From IMG/VR virus record IMGVR_UViG_3300034073_002131, positions 1-64,000 of that record: DNA of 64,000 nt. One strand, given 5' to 3'. This DNA is from a virus. Each line of letters begins with the position of its first letter. Position 1 is the first letter of the stretch. Below are positions 56,657 to 64,000 of this stretch, piece by piece. The notes under the pieces were generated by a model, which was given only the letters and a program-made list of their open reading frames with translations, had not been told where the DNA came from and did not search any database. Position numbers and translations under genes: made by a program.

Positions 56657-59125
56657 TTAAAATTGTAATAGTCCTTCTACTGAAAAGGTACAAAATGCAT
56701 ATTCGGGATATTGTATATTAATATTAAAATCTTTATAGTAACCTAGTGCAGTTAAAAATGTATAATTAAAATCAGTGGGTTTAGGTGCACCTATCCATAA
56801 ACATGCAGTATTTCTAATACCTGTTAATTTTTTATAAATATCAGGTATTTTTGTTTCTGGTATAATAATACTTACATCATACCTTTCACTAAATCCTCTT
56901 TCTATAAATGTAGTATTTCCAAATTCATCAGTAGATTTTTTACTATAATCAATAATACTTAAAGTACTATTTAACTGAGTAACTCCAAGAGTTTCTTGCG
57001 TTCCTGCTATTAAATTTTTTATAACTGCTACATCTTCTGTATTTTCTAATACAAAATATAAATGTACTTTAGTTGTAGTAGTACCATCGGTTGAAAGCGC
57101 ACTAGACGAAGCGGATTGAAGGTTTGTATAGTCTACTGGTATTGATTGTAAATTATGCGGGTATTCAGCTTCTAAATATCCTATTTCTTTACTTAGAACA
57201 CAAATTGTACCTGTAGTTTTAATTTGTGCCATTGAAACATCATAAGTACCAAAAAGACTTTCTTTAATAAGTGTATAAACTGGTGGACTAAATCCTATAG
57301 CGCTACCATTAAGTGTATCTCTATTAAAATCCCATCCAAAGGAAAATGTTCCTGCTGTATTTTTAGTTTTTACAATACGCATATTTTGAACATTGAATTG
57401 CTGTGAAGATACAGAACTTAAAGGAGTTATAAGTTTTAAAATAAGCCCCTCACCTTGACTATATTTTATATCTGCTATAGAATACTGCTCTGGAGGAGCT
57501 CCTGGTCCCACCTCTTGAAGATAAAAATCTAGTGCAAGCTCTTGACTACTTAGGGGCGCTAATGCTTGAATTTCAGCTATAGTTTTATTTTTTGCACTAA
57601 GGAGATAATATAATTTATTCTGCGAACCAACTAATAGTTCGTTTGATTGTTTATTATAAAAGGTTGATAGTTTTATATCAGCATATCTAGGTATACTAAA
57701 TTCTTTATCTGGTAAAAATACGTCACCTACATAGTTATTAGACTTTGTAAATATCCAAGCATATCCTTCTGTACTTACGCCTTTATCTCCTACTATACAT
57801 ATATAATTATATATTGTAGAACCTATAGTAGTTTCATCTCCTACATAAGCAATTTGATGAAACTTATATCCAGCAGAAGACGAAAATGTTTCAAATATAC
57901 ATTGCCAACTAGCACCATCTACACTACTCCATATTTGATCTTCAGTTATAGCTATTATTCTATCATCTGTATCTATAATATCTATAAAACCTGTTTGCCT
58001 ATAAACTCCGCCAGTATAAGCAATAGGGGTATAATCCACTGTTTGCGAATATATCCAATTAATTCCATCAAAGCTCTTTAATATAATAATTCTATCATTA
58101 GTAATATCTGATCCTAGTGCAAAGAAACAATCAAATAAATTAGACCAATATATTTTATTTATTTTTATAGTATTATATTGAGAAACTTGAGCTATAGGCA
58201 ACGAATTATCTAGTGTTCCTATTTGCCAAGGATATGTTACACTATTACTAGGAAGTTGTGGACCTACAAAATCTACTGGATATTGAATAGCAGATTTTGT
58301 AAATTCTTTATTAAGAGCTACATCTTTTATATACTTTATAGTTAGCTGATTATTTGCAACTATATAACCCATAGCTACTAATATATCTAACTTTTCGCTA
58401 TAAGCAAGTGCGGTCCATTTAGTATTTAAAGTTATAGGTCCCGGTATAGGGCCAAGGGGGGCCCCAACTGTAGCATCTACTAATTGGTCATTAAAAATAA
58501 AAAAGGCACCAGTTAATGGTTTTTCAGTAGAAAAAATATGACTAATATTTTCTAAACCTAAAAATCCTAGTTTTGAACAGTTTTTGGGCTTTATAAAAGT
58601 TATTTCAGCATTTTTAAAAAATCTTGTATAGCCTAATTTTTGATTTTGTAAAAAACTATATTTGTTATTGTAATCTGCAAACTCCCAGTAGTTTTCCCAA
58701 GTACCTGCTCCTGGCTGTTTTCCAATACTTGAAACTATAGCTCTAAATATTCTGCCTTCAAATGTTCTTAAATCATTAGTTTGAATTGATTCTGTATATT
58801 TAAAGTCTGTTGCAAAATTATTATTATTTGTTAAATTATCTATGAGCTTCCAATAAGTGTTTAAAGGTAGCTCAGTAGATTCGGAAGGAAACGTAGCACC
58901 AACCTGATTATTAGATCTTACACTTTTATAAATTTTTAACTCATTAGATTCAGTAGTTCCCCACCCCTTTGTAATAATAGGAGCAAGGGAACTACTTTTA
59001 GGCCAGACAGTGCCATTAAAAATCTCAGAAATATCACTAGGAATATTACTTCTATAGGTATCCCAAATTTCACTGGTACTACCAGGACTTTGATAAGCTA
59101 TTTGAATTGGTACAATTAAATCCAT
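56657..59125 (-). CDS. Distal-tail-like protein with propeller-like insert (paralog 1)
   Basis: Directly after tape measure; same C-terminal SIIDYSKK..DEFGN...VEGL core. Confidence 0.7.
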   Translation of the reverse strand: MDLIVPIQIAYQSPGSTSEIWDTYRSNIPSDISEIFNGTVWPKSSSLAPIITKGWGTTESNELKIYKSVRSNNQVGATFPSESTELPLNTYWKLIDNLTNNNNFATDFKYTESIQTNDLRTFEGRIFRAIVSSIGKQPGAGTWENYWEFADYNNKYSFLQNQKLGYTRFFKNAEITFIKPKNCSKLGFLGLENISHIFSTEKPLTGAFFIFNDQLVDATVGAPLGPIPGPITLNTKWTALAYSEKLDILVAMGYIVANNQLTIKYIKDVALNKEFTKSAIQYPVDFVGPQLPSNSVTYPWQIGTLDNSLPIAQVSQYNTIKINKIYWSNLFDCFFALGSDITNDRIIILKSFDGINWIYSQTVDYTPIAYTGGVYRQTGFIDIIDTDDRIIAITEDQIWSSVDGASWQCIFETFSSSAGYKFHQIAYVGDETTIGSTIYNYICIVGDKGVSTEGYAWIFTKSNNYVGDVFLPDKEFSIPRYADIKLSTFYNKQSNELLVGSQNKLYYLLSAKNKTIAEIQALAPLSSQELALDFYLQEVGPGAPPEQYSIADIKYSQGEGLILKLITPLSSVSSQQFNVQNMRIVKTKNTAGTFSFGWDFNRDTLNGSAIGFSPPVYTLIKESLFGTYDVSMAQIKTTGTICVLSKEIGYLEAEYPHNLQSIPVDYTNLQSASSSALSTDGTTTTKVHLYFVLENTEDVAVIKNLIAGTQETLGVTQLNSTLSIIDYSKKSTDEFGNTTFIERGFSERYDVSIIIPETKIPDIYKKLTGIRNTACLWIGAPKPTDFNYTFLTALGYYKDFNINIQYPEYAFCTFSVEGLLQF

Positions 59126-59142
59126 AATAATTATTGCCTATA

Positions 59143-62100
59143 TTAAGTAACTACTGTAACATCTACTGGTAAACTATCTTCAGATACTGAAATAGTAATA
59201 CTATCTCCAGCTTGAGTTACTCGTTCTAAAATTCTGGTAGTTTTTCCAGTATTTGTAACTGTAGCACGTGTTTCTGCTCTTAGATATTCTACTTCTTTTC
59301 TGAGATTTTTTAACTCTAATATTAGCTCTCTATTAGATTGTAGTGCAAAATCATTCATTGGTGTAATATCTGCTGTAACACCAAGCCTGCCTGTACTAGT
59401 TCTAGATAGTGGCATTATGGCCTCTGGCCCAGCTTCGCCCATTATACCCATGTTAAATGCTGTAGCGCCATCAAAAACTCCGCCATTAGCAAATTTAAAC
59501 ACATTCATAGGTACACCTAATTTGGTATAATCAACACTCATTATACCAGCACGATTTTTACTAACAGCATTAGGATATTTTTCAATAACTTCTTGAGCAA
59601 GTACACCACGCTTTGTACCAGCTCCATACAGAGCATTATAAGGTGCTTTGTATTCAAAGTCATAAAGATTTAAGCCATTGGATAGTGTATCTACATAGCT
59701 AATATTTTGCTTGACTCTAGCATCGGAAAGTAATTTTTTTGCCCATCTAACCGGAGCAAAGACAATGTCTACTACAGTACTAATAACTTTACCGGCACCT
59801 TTAAATAAATTACTTAGGAAGTTTCCGCTGCCAGATACAGCAGCACCTGGACTAGCTTGAGCAGCTGTAGCTAAGTTACTCATACTAGTAGCTATAGAAG
59901 CTAAATAATTAATTTGAGTTACCTGATTATTAGATACAGTTTCTAGTGCACTAACGGTTCCGCTTGTATTACCTGCTACCGCTAATAGAGTAGAATTATT
60001 TTGTTCGGAAATAATTTTTGCTAAACCTTCTGTTCCTGCTATAGTTGCTTCAGCTACAGTATTTCCTGCATCTGCTATTACTTGACCTACCGCATCAGTA
60101 ATTGTATTTGTAGTTTCAATATTACTACTTGTATTTTCAGTATTAGTACCTACAGTACCTGTTGCTTCGGAAAGTTTAAGTAACCAATCTCCAGCAGTCG
60201 TATTATCACTACTAGTTAATTTACTTGCTATAGCCCCGGTACCACTTAAACTATCTTTTGTAGTTGTATCTAGGGTAGCTAGTGCTTTATTAATTATGCC
60301 TTCTACACCTAGACCAGCTGCAGTAGTTGCGTCCAGAACTCCTAGTGCTTTATCAATTACACTGCCGGATCCTAGGCCTAGCTCTGTAGTTGTATTTAAG
60401 GTATTTAGGGTTGTATTTATAGGACTGTCTACACTTAAACTAGATTCAGTAGCTGTTGTTAGTTTATTGATGCCTTCTCTAACTGCACCACTTAGTCCAG
60501 TATTTGTAGATATTTCGCGTAGTATTGATTTAATATCTTCAACTTGTACTTGTAGTTTATCTGCATCTGCTTTAGCTATTTTATACTCGCTTACTAGATC
60601 TCGCGTAGCTTGCTCTAGTGGCGCTGAAATTTGAAGTGCAACACTAACTGCATCTTCAAACTCTTTCTTAGCAGTAGCCATACTTTCTACAGCTATAGTT
60701 AGTGGATCTTTTGTAGTTTCAGGAAACGCCTGATCAACTTTGCTAGCTTGTTGTTCAGTATAGTCTGCAACCTTAGTTAGAGAAGCTAAGACTTGACGAC
60801 GTGAACTTTCAAATTGTTGATAGGTACTGCTTGAGTCTTTTAAGGACTCTAGTAGGCCGCTTGCAAGATTTTGTAGTCCGGCAATATCCTCTTCACTACC
60901 ACCAAGAGCACGAGTTACACTTGCCTCAAACTCTCTACGTAGTAGACTAACGGAGCGAGTTCCTGTAGTGCCAACGCCACTTTGCTCAGCTACAAACTCG
61001 CGTAAGGAGCCACCTAGGTCACGCATACGTTTTGCAGCTTCAATTGCAAAATTAGCAACTTCTTTTTGTGCTTGCAAGTACTTTTGCTGTGCACTAACTA
61101 CTCTGTTTGTTGCTTCTGCTTGTATACCTTGTACACGTTGCTGTGCTTGTTGTAAGTTTGCTTCTGCTTTGGCTAAGTCTTCTACTGCATATAGTAAAAC
61201 TTTTAGTACTCTATTAGTTTGATCTAATGCTTCAATTTCTTGTAAGCGTAGTAGGTAGGTTTGTCCAAAAGCTTGATATAGCTGAGTGTTTAGTTGTTTA
61301 GTTTCATCCGCTATTTTCTTAGCCACTTCAGCAGCATCTTCAGCAGCTTGTTTAGCAGCTTCAGCTGCTTTTTCTGCTGCTGCTGTAGCCTCTTCTGCAG
61401 CCTTATCTGCTGCATCACTGATTTCCTTCATGCCATCGGCTAAGGATAACAAGCTAATAAAGGTCTCTCTACCCCGTTCACTAGTTAAATCTTGTGCACG
61501 AACTAGGCCAATATACTGGTCTTTAGTTATATTAGCAGTATAACCTAGGCGCTCCAATTCTTGATTTACATTTCTGGTAATATTAGCTAAGCGTTGTTCG
61601 TCCGTTAGGAAGCTGCTAGCAAAGCTACCAGTAATATCTAAGAAATTGTCTAAGCCACCAGCAAGTTCTGCTAAGCTATCAGTTATATCATATGTAGTAT
61701 TTTTAATTAGTGTAGGATCAAAGCTCATAAAAGGTTTAGTAGTATCTTCCCATAATACTCCTATTCTTACACCAAATTCTTTAAGAGTATTTTCTATGCC
61801 TTTAAAACCTAGATTTTGTAATTGTGCTTCTACTTTTTTATTAGTATCTATAACTCTGGTTACAGTCTCCAATAACCCTTCACCAAAGTTTTGTAGTCGT
61901 CTAAAACTACCAAATATAACTTCGGCAGCATCATCCATTACAGCACTAAATACTGCACTAAGCTCTTTGGTAAAGTCTTCGCCGGTTAAGCCGCGAAGGC
62001 TAGCCATTTCATCTACACGTATTTTTCCTAGTACTTGATCTACTACTGAGGCTGTTTGGCCTGCTTGCTCAGCAGTTGCTATAAGCACATCTCTGCCGTA

Positions 62101-64000
62101 ATCAAATACACGACTAAATGTTTGTAGCTCTTTGCCTACAAGATCGGCATAGTTTGTTGCAGTAGTTGTACTAGTTCCGCCACCAATACCAAAAAACCCG
62201 CCTTTAGTAACAGTAGTACTAACAATCTCAAATTGTCTAACAGTTCCCTGTACAGCATTAGCTAGGTCTAAGAATGTTCCGCGTAGCTGAATACCGCTAT
62301 CCTGAATTTCACGACTAGTTTTGCTGCCAAATAACCAGCTTGCTATTCCACTTGTAGTTGTACCAGTTTGAGTACCAAAAGCACTTCCACCCTGTAGACC
62401 TTGTATTCTAAAGGCACCTTTTGCAACATTTTCAATACTGGCACTTAGCTTTCTAAATGCTAAAAGTAACTTGTTATCATAGCCAAGGCTAGCATCACTG
62501 TTTTTACTAATAATCTCTAGTGAATTTGCAATTGATTCAGATTTTGCTCCGGTATCGCCAAAAACTCCTGAGCGTACTTGTACCTGATTACCTTGGGTAT
62601 CCCAACCCATTGCTGTGCCTTGGGTCTGCTGACGTTGCTCAGCTGAGGGTACAAATATACCACTAGTACCGCGCTTGCCAAATGCGGCTAAGCCTATTGC
62701 GGCTACTAGGGCTGCTGCAACTGGGGGTCCAAATACACCTAATTGTCCAATAGTTTTTGCATAAATTTCTGATACATAAATACCTGCGCGAGCAAAAAAT
62801 CCTGCACTTGTAGCTGCTGTTTGTGCTGCTTCAGCCCCTACTTTTGCCGTTGTACCAGCAATTGCAGAACCTATTTTTACAGCTAACTCTTTAGCATCCA
62901 TTGCTAGTCGAACTAGGTGCATAGCTTTTTCTGTTTTATCTAGTACTTTATATGCAAGTGTTTTTTCTTTAAACAATTTCTTAGTAGAATTAAGTGTTGC
63001 TGCATCTGCTGTTAATTCATCTTTAGCAGCTCTTTGGCGAAGTTTATTTAGCTTTTGTTCCTCTTTGCCAGCATCTTGGCCAGTCATGTATAGGGTGTCT
63101 ACTAGCTCTTGTTGTTGTTTTATTGCTTTATTATTTCGTTCTTCTAGTAGTGCACGCTTATCGATATTGGTTACAAGGTCGGCTAATTTTGTGCCAATAC
63201 CTTCATATACAAAATCTAAATTTTTAACTGCTTCTAGTTGTTTGCTAAAATCTTCCCGTTGTTCTCTGTAAGCCTGTACTGCATTAATGGAACTAATTCT
63301 AGCTGCTTTTTCAGCTTCTATTTGACTAATTCTTTGGCTATGTGCTTCAACATCTAACTGCATTTGTGATTGTAGTCGATCAGCTTGAATATTAAAACCA
63401 ATATCCCTTAATCTATTAACTTCTATTTGATTATTTATTTGTTGTTGAGCAAAACTTAAACTAGCGTCTTGTATTTGTTTAGTAGCATTTTGCTCTTCTC
63501 TTATTAGGTCCAGCTGTGTTCTGCGAGCCTGTAAAACTTCTGGAGGTAGACTTTCAGTTTGTTCTGCTCTTTGTAGAGCTATATCTTGTAGGGTTAGTGC
63601 ACTTTCGGCACGAGCAGCAGCAATAGCAAGTTCTGCCCTACCTAAACTAATAACATAGTCTAATTCTTTTTTTCTGTAGTCAGCTAATTTATTAGCTTCA
63701 GCATTTGCTGCAGTTGCGGTTGCTAATCCTTTTCTATAAAAAGCTACTATTTGTTCTGAATTATATACTTGGCGAGCTTGTTTTAGTATTAATTCTGAAT
63801 CCGCTTTTCCTTGATCTTCTTTGCCTTGTTTAATACTTTCATTAAGTACATTTTGTGCACGTAACTCTTCTTGAGCATACTTTCTATTAGCTTGATTTAT
63901 AGCCTCGTCATAATCAAGTGCTGCTTTTTTATCAATTAAACTAAGCTTTTGTTGGTAATATTGCTCATAAGAAATTGTACCCAGCTCTTGTCTTTGATCA
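59143..64000 (-). CDS. Tail tape measure protein (5' truncated by window edge)
   Basis: Frame checked open from 63363 to 64000; Ala/Gln-rich helical; FANGG..MGEAGPEAIMPL.R...G.LGV motif. Confidence 0.9.
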   Translation of the reverse strand, partial: DQRQELGTISYEQYYQQKLSLIDKKAALDYDEAINQANRKYAQEELRAQNVLNESIKQGKEDQGKADSELILKQARQVYNSEQIVAFYRKGLATATAANAEANKLADYRKKELDYVISLGRAELAIAAARAESALTLQDIALQRAEQTESLPPEVLQARRTQLDLIREEQNATKQIQDASLSFAQQQINNQIEVNRLRDIGFNIQADRLQSQMQLDVEAHSQRISQIEAEKAARISSINAVQAYREQREDFSKQLEAVKNLDFVYEGIGTKLADLVTNIDKRALLEERNNKAIKQQQELVDTLYMTGQDAGKEEQKLNKLRQRAAKDELTADAATLNSTKKLFKEKTLAYKVLDKTEKAMHLVRLAMDAKELAVKIGSAIAGTTAKVGAEAAQTAATSAGFFARAGIYVSEIYAKTIGQLGVFGPPVAAALVAAIGLAAFGKRGTSGIFVPSAEQRQQTQGTAMGWDTQGNQVQVRSGVFGDTGAKSESIANSLEIISKNSDASLGYDNKLLLAFRKLSASIENVAKGAFRIQGLQGGSAFGTQTGTTTSGIASWLFGSKTSREIQDSGIQLRGTFLDLANAVQGTVRQFEIVSTTVTKGGFFGIGGGTSTTTATNYADLVGKELQTFSRVFDYGRDVLIATAEQAGQTASVVDQVLGKIRVDEMASLRGLTGEDFTKELSAVFSAVMDDAAEVIFGSFRRLQNFGEGLLETVTRVIDTNKKVEAQLQNLGFKGIENTLKEFGVRIGVLWEDTTKPFMSFDPTLIKNTTYDITDSLAELAGGLDNFLDITGSFASSFLTDEQRLANITRNVNQELERLGYTANITKDQYIGLVRAQDLTSERGRETFISLLSLADGMKEISDAADKAAEEATAAAEKAAEAAKQAAEDAAEVAKKIADETKQLNTQLYQAFGQTYLLRLQEIEALDQTNRVLKVLLYAVEDLAKAEANLQQAQQRVQGIQAEATNRVVSAQQKYLQAQKEVANFAIEAAKRMRDLGGSLREFVAEQSGVGTTGTRSVSLLRREFEASVTRALGGSEEDIAGLQNLASGLLESLKDSSSTYQQFESSRRQVLASLTKVADYTEQQASKVDQAFPETTKDPLTIAVESMATAKKEFEDAVSVALQISAPLEQATRDLVSEYKIAKADADKLQVQVEDIKSILREISTNTGLSGAVREGINKLTTATESSLSVDSPINTTLNTLNTTTELGLGSGSVIDKALGVLDATTAAGLGVEGIINKALATLDTTTKDSLSGTGAIASKLTSSDNTTAGDWLLKLSEATGTVGTNTENTSSNIETTNTITDAVGQVIADAGNTVAEATIAGTEGLAKIISEQNNSTLLAVAGNTSGTVSALETVSNNQVTQINYLASIATSMSNLATAAQASPGAAVSGSGNFLSNLFKGAGKVISTVVDIVFAPVRWAKKLLSDARVKQNISYVDTLSNGLNLYDFEYKAPYNALYGAGTKRGVLAQEVIEKYPNAVSKNRAGIMSVDYTKLGVPMNVFKFANGGVFDGATAFNMGIMGEAGPEAIMPLSRTSTGRLGVTADITPMNDFALQSNRELILELKNLRKEVEYLRAETRATVTNTGKTTRILERVTQAGDSITISVSEDSLPVDVTVVT

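Noticed and set aside
60296-63271. Plus-strand ORFs within the tape measure gene
   Set aside because: Antisense shadows of an Ala/Leu-rich frame.

Overview
This 64-kb window is part of a lytic T5-like (Demerecviridae-type) siphovirus genome. The host is probably a freshwater Betaproteobacterium, inferred from the tmRNA tag ANDETFALAA, PstS and a DUF3563-like ORF. It has three blocks. (1) 1-12.7 kb, + strand: 22 tRNA genes, a circularly permuted two-piece tmRNA, several unassigned structured RNAs and small accessory genes (rubrerythrin, rubredoxin, Hsp20, orphan antitoxin-like protein, C5 methyltransferase, collagen-like protein). (2) 12.7-33.8 kb, + strand: the T5-syntenic replication block (D3, PC4-like, split ligase, D5, helicase, primase, PolA, D10-D15, dUTPase) with inserted glutaredoxin, class II aldolase, PstS and a class II RNR. 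(3) 33.8-64 kb, - strand: late genes (PhoH, GH19 endolysin and spanins, LamG proteins, tail fibres, two paralogous distal-tail-like proteins, tape measure running off the window end). The most striking unexplained feature is a family of related ~15-20 bp closing stems (CCATA...TATGG) that start in the CCA of one RNA, usually end in the 5' GG of the next, and enclose unrelated structured cargo. One of them is the spacer of the permuted tmRNA. In addition, six CDSs have their stop codon inside or straddling the start of a downstream tRNA gene. All calls come from reading the sequence; no searches or folding programs were run.
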